A DNA stretch of 64,000 nucleotides from an uncultured Gemmataceae bacterium. GTDB lineage: Bacteria > Planctomycetota > Planctomycetia > Gemmatales > Gemmataceae. The stretch spans positions 1,056,001-1,120,000 of the forward strand of contig CAVVPN010000012.1 in the NCBI GenBank assembly GCA_963750165.1, read 5' to 3'. The notes beneath the pieces were generated by a model that did no database searches, was not told the origin of the DNA, and was given only the letters and a program-made list of their open reading frames with translations. Position numbers and translations under genes: made by a program. Positions 52,800-62,937 of this stretch are shown piece after piece (position 1 is the stretch's first letter; every line of letters begins with the position of its first letter).

Positions 52800-55700
52800 G
52801 TGAAAAGTCCGCAAGCACTCGCCGTCTCGCTACTCCTCGTCTTGGCCGGACAAGCGTCCGCCGACTATCCGGGTTGGAAGCACTCCGGCTCCGTTTACAT
52901 CCTCACGACACCCGAGGGCGCCGATCTGCCCGCCTCGGCATCGGTTGAGGACTTCCCGCTGTTGGTTCGGTTACACAAGGACTTCTTCGATTTCAGCCAG
53001 GCGCAACCGCACGGCGAGGATTTTCGCTTCTCGTCGAGTGACGGGAAAGCGCTGGCGTACCAGATCGAGGAGTGGGACGCGGCCAACGGCACCGCCAGCA
53101 TCTGGGTGCGGATCCCGAAGATCCAGGGCAACGCGCGCCAGGAGATCAAGCTGTTCTGGGGCAAGGCCGGCGTGGCGAGCGTGTCCAGCGGGAAGGCGGT
53201 CTTCAACGACACGAACGGCTACCTCAGCGTCTGGCACATGGACGATCTGGTTAAGGACGAGGTTGGCACCCTGAAGAGCACGGACACCGGGACGACGACG
53301 ACCGCCGGCATCATCGGCAAGGCGCGGCACTTTCCGGGCCAGAAGGGCATCTTCTGCGGCGACAAGATTCCGAACTATCCCAACGGTTCGAGTCCCCACA
53401 GCAGCGAGGCGTGGTTCCGCGCCGACAACATCAATTGCCGGGTGCTTGCCTGGGGCAACGAGCACGGCCAAGGCAAGGTGACCATGCGCTACCGCAGCCC
53501 GCCGGGCGTGCAAATGGAGTGTTATTTTTCGGGCGCGAATGTTGCCAATCGGACTCCCGTGCCGAAGCAGCAGTGGGTTCATGTCGTGCACACGTATCAG
53601 AAGGGTGAATCGCGCATTTATATCAACGGGGCCCTTGACGGTGTATCAAAAACCGCATCCGCTCCGTTAACGATCAAATCGCCGGCCCGGCTGTGGATCG
53701 GCGGCTGGTACCACAACTACGACTTCGTTGGCGATATCGACGAGGTGCGGATCTCCAGGATCGTCCGCTCGCCGGAATGGATCCGGTTGCAGTACGAGAA
53801 CCAGAAGCCGCTGCAAACGCTGGTCGGGCCGCTCGTCCAGAAGGGAAATGCGTTCTCCGTTTTGCAGCAGAAAATCGTGATGGCCGAGGGCAAGATCGTC
53901 GCCCTGTCCGCGAAGGCCGGCGGCGCTCAAAAGCTCTACTGGGTGGTATCCCGCGACGGCAAGGAAACGGTTGCCGCCGTAGATCGGCTGTCCTTCGCGT
54001 TCTCAGCGGGCCGGGTGGTTGGCGATCGGTCGCTCACTATCCGTTTCAAGGCGGTTTATCCCAACGGCGTGAAAACCATCGACATCCCCGTCACGATCCG
54101 GGAAGCCATCCCCGAGCCGGTCTTCACGCTGCAAGCCCCTGCCGCGTGGGACGGGCGGAAGACGATCGAGATCGTGCCTCAGATCACGAACCTGGACGCG
54201 CTGCGGGCCAAGGGCGCGGACAAATTAAATTACACCTGGACGGTTTCCGGTTTGGCGGTGCTCAAGGAAACGGCGCCGGGCAAACTCGTTCTCAAGCGCT
54301 CCCAGAACAGCGGGCCGCTGAGCGTTTCGGTCGCCATCGACAACGGCGGCGCGGCGTCCGTGCGCTCGACGATGATTGCGGTGAAGGAACCCGACACCGA
54401 CGCCTGGGTGCAGCGCGTCCCCGCCAAGGACGAGAAGCCCGAGGACGGTCAGTTCTACGCCCGCGACGATAAAAACGAGGGGACGCTGTTTTATAATGGT
54501 GTGCTCGATCAGCCCGCGAAGGCGGTGTTCTTGAAAGTCTATGCGGACGGCAAACTCTTCAAGTCCGAGAACCAGAAACCCGCCGCCGGCAAGGCGTATG
54601 CCTTCACGGTGAATCTCAAGCCGGGGCTAATCAAGTACCGAGTGGAGTTCGGTACGCAGACGGACGGCAAGGAGAACGTGCTGCACAAGGCCAACAACCT
54701 GGTGTGCGGCGACGCCTATCTTATTCAGGGGCAATCGAACGCGCTGGCCACCGACACCGGCGAAGAGGCGCCGCGTGAGACGAGCGAGTGGGTCCGTAGT
54801 TATAGCGGTCCCACGGGGCGGGGCGATGGCAACAACTGGGTCCGCGACCGATTCTCGAAGAATCCGCGACCGAATCTCTGGTGTTACCCGGTCTGGAAGG
54901 CCCGGCCGCAAGATAAAGCGGAACTCGGCTACTGGGGCATGGAACTCGCCAAACGGCTCGTGGCGCGTCAGAAGATGCCGGTCTTCATCATCAACGGGGC
55001 TGTGGGCGGCACCCGCATAGACGAACACCAGCCGTCGCCAACCAATCACGGAGATTTGAAGACGATCTACGGCCGCACTCTTTGGCGGGTGCAGCAGGCC
55101 CGGCTCACGCACGGCATTCGCGGCGTCATCTGGCACCAGGGTGAAAGCGACCAGGGCTCGGACGGTCCCACTGGCGGTTATGGCTGGGAAACCTATCAGC
55201 ATTACTTTTTGGAGCTGGCGGCGGCCTGGAAACAGGATTTTCCCAATATCCAGCACTACTACGTTTTCCAGATCTGGCCCAACGCCTGCGGCATGGGGAA
55301 TGGACATGGCGACATGTTGCGCGAGGTGCAGCGCACGCTGCCGCGTCAATTCTCCAAAATGCACATCATGTCCACGCTGGGGATCAAACCGTCCGGTGGC
55401 TGTCATTATCCGCTGACCGGCTGGGCGGAGTTCGCACGGTTGATCCAGCCCTTGATCGAGCGCGACCACTACGGCAAGGTGCCCGCCGCCTCAATTACGC
55501 CGCCCGACCTCAAGCGGGCTTACTACACGAGCAAGGCGAAGGATGCGATCGCTCTGGAGTTTGACCAGCCCGTTGCCTGGGCGGACGCGCTGACAGGTCA
55601 GTTCTATCTGGATGGTGCGAAGGATAAAGTCGCTTCAGGGGCGGTGTCCGGGAACGTGGTCACGCTCAAATTGAAGGAAGCCTCGACGGCGCAAACCATC

Positions 55701-55811
55701 AGATATCTTAAAGAGATGAACTGGAGTCAGAACAGGCTGATCGTCGGCGCCAACGGCATCGCCGCGCTGACCTTTTGTGAGGTGCCGCTCGCGCTGGTAG
55801 CGCCCAAATAG
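52800..55811 (+). CDS. Secreted DUF2341 / LamG-like / sialate O-acetylesterase-type (SGNH) multidomain protein
   Basis: Signal peptide; FPLLVRL..DFRF...YQIEEWD...IWVRIP (DUF2341); WVHVV...IYING...GDIDEVRIS (LamG); GQSNA, WHQGESD, GGCHY (SGNH). Confidence 0.85.
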   Translation: MKSPQALAVSLLLVLAGQASADYPGWKHSGSVYILTTPEGADLPASASVEDFPLLVRLHKDFFDFSQAQPHGEDFRFSSSDGKALAYQIEEWDAANGTASIWVRIPKIQGNARQEIKLFWGKAGVASVSSGKAVFNDTNGYLSVWHMDDLVKDEVGTLKSTDTGTTTTAGIIGKARHFPGQKGIFCGDKIPNYPNGSSPHSSEAWFRADNINCRVLAWGNEHGQGKVTMRYRSPPGVQMECYFSGANVANRTPVPKQQWVHVVHTYQKGESRIYINGALDGVSKTASAPLTIKSPARLWIGGWYHNYDFVGDIDEVRISRIVRSPEWIRLQYENQKPLQTLVGPLVQKGNAFSVLQQKIVMAEGKIVALSAKAGGAQKLYWVVSRDGKETVAAVDRLSFAFSAGRVVGDRSLTIRFKAVYPNGVKTIDIPVTIREAIPEPVFTLQAPAAWDGRKTIEIVPQITNLDALRAKGADKLNYTWTVSGLAVLKETAPGKLVLKRSQNSGPLSVSVAIDNGGAASVRSTMIAVKEPDTDAWVQRVPAKDEKPEDGQFYARDDKNEGTLFYNGVLDQPAKAVFLKVYADGKLFKSENQKPAAGKAYAFTVNLKPGLIKYRVEFGTQTDGKENVLHKANNLVCGDAYLIQGQSNALATDTGEEAPRETSEWVRSYSGPTGRGDGNNWVRDRFSKNPRPNLWCYPVWKARPQDKAELGYWGMELAKRLVARQKMPVFIINGAVGGTRIDEHQPSPTNHGDLKTIYGRTLWRVQQARLTHGIRGVIWHQGESDQGSDGPTGGYGWETYQHYFLELAAAWKQDFPNIQHYYVFQIWPNACGMGNGHGDMLREVQRTLPRQFSKMHIMSTLGIKPSGGCHYPLTGWAEFARLIQPLIERDHYGKVPAASITPPDLKRAYYTSKAKDAIALEFDQPVAWADALTGQFYLDGAKDKVASGAVSGNVVTLKLKEASTAQTIRYLKEMNWSQNRLIVGANGIAALTFCEVPLALVAPK

Positions 55812-55825
55812 CCGCCGGGGCAACA

Positions 55826-55968
55826 TCACGCCAGCACAGCGTCCACCACGCACCCATGCACGTCGGTGAGCCGGCGTTCGATGCCGTTGTGGTAGAAGCG
55901 CAACTGCTCGTGATCCAGGCCCAGCAGGTGCAGGATCGTCGCGAGCAGGTCGTAGATGGTGGTGGGTG
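55826..55968 (-). pseudogene. C-terminal remnant of a DUF1501 gene
   Basis: [42 protein letters not shown], similar to the end of the 28265 gene. Confidence 0.75.
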
Positions 55969-55969
55969 A

Positions 55970-57475
55970 TTATTTCGCCACGGGAACTTCATTCACAGTG
56001 TAATACGCCTTTCTGTGCAATAACTGTTCCTTGTCGCGGGCACGCAAGTTGAAGAGGTCGAAATCATACACGTGACCGCGAAGCAACTGGTTCAGGACCA
56101 GCGTCGCAGACATGCCGTCCTTGGAAACCTGAACCGATTTGACGACGGGCGTCGTTTTCTCGATTTCCGGCCCGCCATAGCCGCTGTGGTAGGGATGCGT
56201 GAAAGTGGTGATCTGATAGGATTTGGGGTCGCTGCCCGTCTTCGCATCGACCGGCTTCGTGAAGGCAATCTTGAAGCCATTTGGTTCAATGTTGATGCGT
56301 TGGATTTCAAACGGCACCTTGCCGTTCCATTCGAGCCGTTCGAGAGCAAACGGTTTGTTGCCGCGCACCGGCCAGCCGCGATTTGTACCACCGCACATCA
56401 AGTTGCCCCCCGGCGTGAACACCACGTTCAGAATGCCCGTCGATAGTCCCTCGCGGAAGGGATAACACGCGCCCTGCCAGACGCCGTTGACCTGCTCAGT
56501 CGTGGCACGCATGATGACCGAGAGCGTGTAGTCGCCGATGAACATTTGGTCCTCGAACGGACCAAACTTGCCTTTGGTGCGGTTCACATCGAACCCCGTG
56601 ATCGAGCGCCCCATGCGGACATACGGGAAGACGACTGCGGTGGGGACGAGTTGCTTCACCCGGGACTTTTCAATGATGACGCGCGAGCCGGATTTGGGCA
56701 TTTCCGGAACCGGGCCCATTTCCGGGGCGTACTTGTACCAGTTGAAGCTCGCGGGGTGTCCCTGGAAACTGCGAGGCGTGACGGCCTTGAGGCTGCACGA
56801 GCAGTTCCATGGCCCCTGACTCTCGGCATAAAACAATGCCCCGTGTTCGTTATACCCGATGCCGCCAGGGCTGCGCAGCCCGCTGGCCAGCGCCAGCGTT
56901 TTGCCTTCCGGCGTGACCTTCATCACGAAGCCGCGATACAACGCACGCGATTCGTAGGAGAACGACAACCCGAGCGCCACGTACAAGTTTCCGTCGCGGT
57001 CGAACTTCGAGCCGAAAGCGTATTCGTGGTAATTCGCATAGCCCCAGGCGTCCGAAAGGGTTTCGAACCGGTTGGCCTTGCCGTCCTGTTTCGTGTCGCT
57101 GACGCGCGTGAGTTCACAACTTTGCGTGACGTAGAACGCTTTGTCCTTGTAAGCCAGTCCGAAAATCTCATCCAGCCCGGTCGCGTACAGGTGGTACGCT
57201 GGGTTCGGCTTCCTGGCATCAACGCCGCTCAGGATATGGATCTCACCGTGGCGCGTGCCAACTGCCACGCGACCGTCGGGCAATACACAGAAGGCGCCCG
57301 CCTCGATCACCATGCTTGGCGGGATCGGGATGTTGACAATCGGGTAGTATTCACGCTCGCGCTCTTCGGTGCCCCAGCGGGCACCGACCTCCTCGGCCCC
57401 GGCGTTCGAGACATTGAGCGACCAGGCTGCGAGCAGCAACAGGAACAGGCGCGCATGGTTACTTGAGCAGTTCAT
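55970..57475 (-). CDS. Secreted beta-propeller protein (sugar/sorbosone dehydrogenase-like fold), cytochrome-associated
   Basis: Signal peptide; LPDGRVAVGTRHGEI, NYHEYAFG, SGLRSPGG, FGPFEDQMFIGD, GVWQGACYPF. Confidence 0.75.
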   Translation of the reverse strand: MNCSSNHARLFLLLLAAWSLNVSNAGAEEVGARWGTEEREREYYPIVNIPIPPSMVIEAGAFCVLPDGRVAVGTRHGEIHILSGVDARKPNPAYHLYATGLDEIFGLAYKDKAFYVTQSCELTRVSDTKQDGKANRFETLSDAWGYANYHEYAFGSKFDRDGNLYVALGLSFSYESRALYRGFVMKVTPEGKTLALASGLRSPGGIGYNEHGALFYAESQGPWNCSCSLKAVTPRSFQGHPASFNWYKYAPEMGPVPEMPKSGSRVIIEKSRVKQLVPTAVVFPYVRMGRSITGFDVNRTKGKFGPFEDQMFIGDYTLSVIMRATTEQVNGVWQGACYPFREGLSTGILNVVFTPGGNLMCGGTNRGWPVRGNKPFALERLEWNGKVPFEIQRINIEPNGFKIAFTKPVDAKTGSDPKSYQITTFTHPYHSGYGGPEIEKTTPVVKSVQVSKDGMSATLVLNQLLRGHVYDFDLFNLRARDKEQLLHRKAYYTVNEVPVAK

Positions 57476-59783
57476 AAGTAAGTGTCCGCGTGGATTTGCC
57501 CTTGGGGATGTCGAATTTAAGCAGGAGTTCCGTGGTATTTTGATCAGCAGAATTGGGCCGCAGCACCGTTGGGACCGGTGGGATGTTCAGACGTAATTCG
57601 GCAGTTTTGAATTGCTGCTTCGACTCCGCTTCGATCTTCCCCGTGAGGGCGCGAAACCAAACGGTTTGGGCCTTCGGCGAGTTGAACGTCAGCTGGCGCA
57701 GGAGTCCGCCATTTTTGCCTTGGGCTGCGGGGGCTGAACGATCCTCAATCTCGATGGTGCCACTGAGGTACAGGAAGGTCGGGATCGACGCATCATCCAG
57801 GTGATAGCCCTTGAATTGATAGCCGCGATTTTTGGGGTATAGTGGGTCGGGATTGACCGGTGCTTCCTTCGTCATCACCGGGCGGAGCGGCCAGGGCGTT
57901 TTCTCGTCCTTGAGGGGGAAGAATGACACGTCCTGCGCCAGGGCCACGAACTTACCAGCCGGGTGGAATGCGCCCGACCCCTGGCCGCCGCGATCAACGC
58001 CCACGAAATCGCCGCGCCACAGCGCCGACAGAGTGCCCGTCTCGGCATTAAATGCGTAGCTCAGCTTTTCTGGGAAACCGACAGCAATACCGCGATAGCC
58101 GGCGACACTGCTGCGGCCGCGGTACGTGCGCGTGGCATCGGTCACCGTGAGTTTTGTTGCGATCGTGCGGATTCCGGACGGGTCCGCCGCCGACGTTCCC
58201 AGAGACAGGTAATACCAGATCGCTTCAATTTGCCGATCCGTGCTGCCGTTCAGAATGGTATTCTGCATCGCCTTGCCGTCGGGCCAGGCACTGGGCATGA
58301 CTGTTCGTGGGCGAAAAGCGTTCGGGTCGCGCATGTAATGATAAAACCAACTCGCCTGGAGCCTCTGATAGGAGAGCATCAGGTCGATGCCTTTGAAATT
58401 AGACGATTTTCCATTGAAGGTGTGGCAGGCGACACAATTCAGGGCTTTATCCCCGAGTAACTCGCGGCCGGCAGTCCGCAACTCCCGCTCGCGCGCCCGC
58501 TCCTTCCCATTCGGGCTCTCCACATTCGGCAACTTGAACTCGAATTTTGGGAAGGTATCCAGACGTGCAAACAGTTCCGGCAGGTGCCGCAGGTTCGACT
58601 CTCCGAACTGAGGCATGCGTGTGAACATGTACGGCCGCACGCTTTCACCATCGAAGAGCACTTTTTTCAGCGTCAGCATTTTCAGCTTGGCGCCGACCAA
58701 CGTCAGCGGCGGCGGTATGCGCGCTTCATCCCCCAGATTGATCTCGCTCGTCCGGAAATGCGGGTTGTTCGCCGCCGAGACGCCGCCGAAGTCGCCCCGA
58801 GCGTGACACGCGATGCAGTTGAACGCCGTCAGTGTCGTCGCCAGTCGTACCTTGTCAGTGACCGGGTCGGCTGGCTTCGCGAGCGCTGCCCGAATTGCTT
58901 TTCTCTGGTCGATGCTCAGGTGATAGCGCGGGCTCTTGCCCGGCTTGTCGGCGAGGCAGCCGCGTGCCGAATTGGCGGCCTCCAGGGCGGCGGCGGGCGC
59001 CGCGGCGGGAATGTCGCCGAGTTTGTGGCACGAGGCACAGTTATGTTTTTGAAAATACTGCTTGCCGAGGGCAACCAGTTTGGCCTGTGGCTGAAGCGAT
59101 TTGATCGAGGTGTCGGCTTTGCCGAGCAAGTAACTGGCAAGCGCCCTGGCCTCGACCGGTGTCAACTTCATGTCCGGCATCCGGCCCGACGGCCGCACTC
59201 GCAGGGGTTCCAGCAGGAATTCTGCCAGTGAAGCGCGGCTGTATTTCATGGGGATGTGTCCCAGGGCGACTACCCCTGCGTTCGTTATCTCCTTGCCGGC
59301 ATCGTCGCGCGGCGCGTGACAGGCGACACAGCCCACCGTGTGAAAAAGGGTCTTGCCCCCTGAGACCTCTGGTTCGTTGAGCTTTTCGCCCTGGTACTTG
59401 CGAGGCGATTGCGCGATCAGGAAATGAGTAATGGCCTCGGCGATCTTTTCCCGCTCGCCGGCGGATTCGGCGGCCAGCAGATCCGGCATGGTCGTACCGG
59501 AATGTGCCGCCGACGAGGACGCAATAAACTTCCGCAGATAATTCGGCGCGACACGCCCACCCACGTCAGCCAGATCCGGAGCCGCTCTGGCGTCCGGCTG
59601 AGGGCCCTCTTTGAGACTGTGACAGGCGACGCAGCGCAATTCGCCCAGTAACAATCGACCAACTTGTTGCTGGGACAGCGGATGCCTGTTGGCGAGTCCG
59701 GGCACGATGGGAGAGGCGGAGGCTATTGCTGGGAGTAGCGGTGTGATCAGCGCTGCCAGCAGGGTGAATTGAAACGGTTTCAC
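57459..59783 (-). CDS. Multiheme c-type cytochrome (5 CxxCH)
   Basis: Signal peptide; CVACH, CVACH, CASCH, CIACH, CVACH; distal TMP/RMP/VMP Met ligands. Confidence 0.9.
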   Translation of the reverse strand: MKPFQFTLLAALITPLLPAIASASPIVPGLANRHPLSQQQVGRLLLGELRCVACHSLKEGPQPDARAAPDLADVGGRVAPNYLRKFIASSSAAHSGTTMPDLLAAESAGEREKIAEAITHFLIAQSPRKYQGEKLNEPEVSGGKTLFHTVGCVACHAPRDDAGKEITNAGVVALGHIPMKYSRASLAEFLLEPLRVRPSGRMPDMKLTPVEARALASYLLGKADTSIKSLQPQAKLVALGKQYFQKHNCASCHKLGDIPAAAPAAALEAANSARGCLADKPGKSPRYHLSIDQRKAIRAALAKPADPVTDKVRLATTLTAFNCIACHARGDFGGVSAANNPHFRTSEINLGDEARIPPPLTLVGAKLKMLTLKKVLFDGESVRPYMFTRMPQFGESNLRHLPELFARLDTFPKFEFKLPNVESPNGKERARERELRTAGRELLGDKALNCVACHTFNGKSSNFKGIDLMLSYQRLQASWFYHYMRDPNAFRPRTVMPSAWPDGKAMQNTILNGSTDRQIEAIWYYLSLGTSAADPSGIRTIATKLTVTDATRTYRGRSSVAGYRGIAVGFPEKLSYAFNAETGTLSALWRGDFVGVDRGGQGSGAFHPAGKFVALAQDVSFFPLKDEKTPWPLRPVMTKEAPVNPDPLYPKNRGYQFKGYHLDDASIPTFLYLSGTIEIEDRSAPAAQGKNGGLLRQLTFNSPKAQTVWFRALTGKIEAESKQQFKTAELRLNIPPVPTVLRPNSADQNTTELLLKFDIPKGKSTRTLTYELLK

Positions 59784-60044
59784 GAAAAGTCACCATCAAT
59801 GTTTTTGCAGCCGCGAGTCAAGAATCCCACGCCGAGTTTTGGCAATTTACTGCACTGCCCAAATTGTGGGGGATCGAAGCGGCGGGGGATTCAAGATGCT
59901 AGAAATTATCCTGGTCCTTCTCGGGTCGATCATTCTGACTGTCGTCCGCGGAGAGCAACGATGCTGTAGCGTTATGATATGGAAAAGCGAACGGCCTGGT
60001 CCAGATCTACTGAGAGGGAAATGGACACTTCTCGCTCATTCTAC

Positions 60045-61546
60045 TTCTACTGTGCTACTTTCCTCTTTTCGGTCGGCCGCGCGGCCGCGGCCGACGCGGC
60101 GGGAACTGCCCGGTCGCGTTGTGCCAGTGGTAGATGCGTGCCTCCTCGTTACGCCGCAGCACTTGGCTCACGATCTCCGCGACCCGGGCCGCGCTGGGGC
60201 TCGGCTCGCGCAGCAGTTCCGTGAAGATCTGCCGCACCTGCGGCACCGTCAGCGCTGGTGTTTTTCCCCCCAGCCGCAGCTTCTCGGTCTGCAGGAACCA
60301 CAGGGCCAACAGCGACAGCGTCATGTGGTGGTGCCAGCCCACCCAGCTGCGCACCTCGTAGTGTCCCAACCCCACCTCGCCCTTGGCCTCCGCCAAGAGT
60401 TCCTCGACCCCGTGCCGCGCCCGTGTACCCGCGCCGCCTGCCCGCGCCGCGCCGGTGCGCGTTGGAGAGCGTGTACCACGTCTGCGGCTTGGGCTCGCAA
60501 CTCTTGAGGATCGCCAGACGTTCGCGCGGCCCCACGCAGCCGTCCTCGTCCTTGGTCTGCACCGCCGCCAACAGCACCTTGACCCACTGCGGCCCCTTGG
60601 CTCCGTCACGCACCTTCACCTTGCGCCACCGCCCCGCCGGCTGCCGCGCCGCCCACCGATCAACGCGCTCGAACGCCGGCAACCGCGGCCGGCCGCCGGG
60701 GCGCACCGGCGGCAACCGCTCGGCCAGGTCACGCACCAGGGTGTTGCAGGGCACGTCCAGCACGTACCGGAGCCGCCGCTGCCGCAGGGCCGCCCGCAGT
60801 TCCGTGCAGCGGCCGAACTCGTCGTCGCCAGCCACCCAGTCCCCGGGCAGGTCGGCGCAGGCGCGGTCCAGCAGTTCCAGGCCGACCCGCCACTTCTCGG
60901 CGAAGGCGACCGCCGCGGGCACAAACGTGGCGGCGCGGCGCCTGGGGTCGTGGGCCCAGTCCTGGTCCAGATAGAGCTGGGCGTCGAGCAGGGCCTTGCC
61001 GCGCGGGGCGACGTAGGCCAGGAAGACGCCGACCTGGCAGTTGTCGATCTTGCCCAACCGGCCGCACCACTGGCGGGCCACCCCACAGGAAGCCGCCCCC
61101 TTCTTGGGGAACGCCGAGGGGTCCAGGACGAAGACGGCGTCGTCGTCGGCCAACTCCTCGGCGATGTGGCGGCGCAACTCGCCCAGGACGGCCTGGTCGT
61201 CCCAGCCGCCGCCACCGACGAACAGTTGCAAGGGGCGGCGCTTGAGGCCGGCCAAGGTGGCGATGGGCTCGGTGGTCTTGCGCTGCAGGCCGCTGAGCTT
61301 GCCGCGCAGCACGGTCAGGGCGTGGCCGCGGTGCTCCTCTCGGTGGAACCGGGGCAGGTAGCGCTGGGCGAAGGCGGTCAACTGGTCCGCGCAGGAGCGG
61401 ACGGCAGCAGCGGAGAGTTCGGCGTCGTTCAGCAGGGCCTGCGCGTCGGGGTGGTCGAGGATGTCCATGGCGGCCTCCACAAAGATACCGCCGTTCAGTG
61501 TAGCCACCGCGTCAGCTGCCGGCTAGAATCATGTTGCACAGTAGAA
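60045..61546 (-). mobile_element. IS701 family insertion sequence
   Basis: IRs TTCTACTGTGC / GCACAGTAGAA flanked by a CTAC direct repeat (60041-60044, 61547-61550). Confidence 0.85.
60055..61468 (-). CDS. IS701 transposase, frameshifted at ~60415-60460
   Basis: FPKKG..SCGVARQWCGRLGKIDNCQVGVFL, GDDEFG, KGEVGLGHYEVRSW.GWHHHMTL. Confidence 0.92.
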
Positions 61547-61763
61547 CTACCTCTGCACAGAGTAGTGTACATCCCTGGACGGGTACTGAACAATCGGCTA
61601 GGCTCGGTTTTCGTCCGACGCGCAGGGGGCCGCCTTTCCGGCCGAGGATCCGGTCGCGGGTCGCCCCTGCTGCTGCCCCAGGAACGCTGAGCGGGGCCAG
61701 GGCGACATCGGCGTCAACGTCCTGCGCCGCGAGGGCTCGGTCACAGTCGCGAAGTGGTGCCGC

Positions 61764-62444
61764 TCACGACGTCGGGGCCGGAGGGCGCCAGTATTCCGGT
61801 TCCTCCGACCGGACGCCGAAGTTCGGGTCATGGTTGCCGGTGTAGATCAGCGCATGTTCGCGCCAGAAGCGGACGCTCTCCTCCCACCGCGCCAGCGTCG
61901 CCTGCCCGGTCTTGCTGCACGGCTCGGCCGGCGCCAGGGTGCCGAAGTACGCCGTCATCAGCGCCACCACGCCGTAGGCGTTGCGGTGCAGGATCACCAC
62001 CAGCGAGCTGCACGGGATCGGCTCGCGGCCCTTGACCATACGCGAGCAACCCAACTTGCGGCCGGTTCGGCGGACGTAAACGATCTCGTCCGTCTCGGTC
62101 GTGGGCACGCAGGCCGAGTGGCCGACCGGATGCCCGAAATCGTGGAGGAAGGGGCGGGTGATCCTGAGGGTTGGGTCGAGCACGATGGCCCGCAGGGCCT
62201 CGTATAGGTGCGGGATGACGTCCGGGTGGGCGATCAGGTGATCCTTGTCCAGACCGGACCACACCGTCTCGCCGTTGGCCAGCCAGCCGACGACCTTCCG
62301 CCCGTCCCGCATCGCCCGAAGGGTGACGCGGATGCGATCCAGCGAGGGGATACGCTGGATGAACCAGCGGACCAGTGAGAGTTCGGTGAGGGTGCTGAGC
62401 AGCCATAGCGGGGCGAACCGCCAACGGAGTTTGCTTGCTTTCAT
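61764..62444 (-). CDS. Hypothetical protein
   Basis: ORF with HDFGHPVGHSACVPT...DEIVYVRR...SRMVKGREP...TAYFG..APAEP...ESVRFWREHAL; function unknown. Confidence 0.65.
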   Translation of the reverse strand: MKASKLRWRFAPLWLLSTLTELSLVRWFIQRIPSLDRIRVTLRAMRDGRKVVGWLANGETVWSGLDKDHLIAHPDVIPHLYEALRAIVLDPTLRITRPFLHDFGHPVGHSACVPTTETDEIVYVRRTGRKLGCSRMVKGREPIPCSSLVVILHRNAYGVVALMTAYFGTLAPAEPCSKTGQATLARWEESVRFWREHALIYTGNHDPNFGVRSEEPEYWRPPAPTS

Positions 62445-62937
62445 CGTGTCGAGCTGTGTTCGGGGAATGCCGGCGAACGGTGGCATCCACGGGCGCAGAC
62501 GGGTTCGTCTGCACGCGAGCGGAGATGGGTGCGCGGGTCATCGTACAGCGAACGCACGCCTCTGCCGTGAGTCGTGAATGGGTCATTCGCGGGCCGCTCG
62601 AAGCGCCCCGTGATTGGAGGATGGAATCGAGCCAGGTAACGCTCACAAGCGTCACCAATCAGACACACTCAAGGACAGCAAGGTTCGCCGGGCAGGTCAG
62701 GAGATTTCCAGCGCGTGTCATTCGCAGATCGAAGCCCTGGATTGCCTGGTCAAGGAGTCTTGATGGATACCGTGTGCGCGGTCGCTCGGCGTCCGCCAAG
62801 TTGGGTCGATGGCAACGGGGCGGACGGGGTTGCCGAATACCCAAGGGTGAGCATCCTGAGACCGAAACCGGTCGAAACCGGTCGGATCATGGTGCGCACC
62901 TCGGAATGAAGGCGGATAGTGTTTGTCCTCAAGTACC

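Noticed and set aside
59896..60040. Small hydrophobic ORF MLEIILVLLGSIILTVVRG
   Set aside because: Short, unsupported, and runs into the IS701 end.
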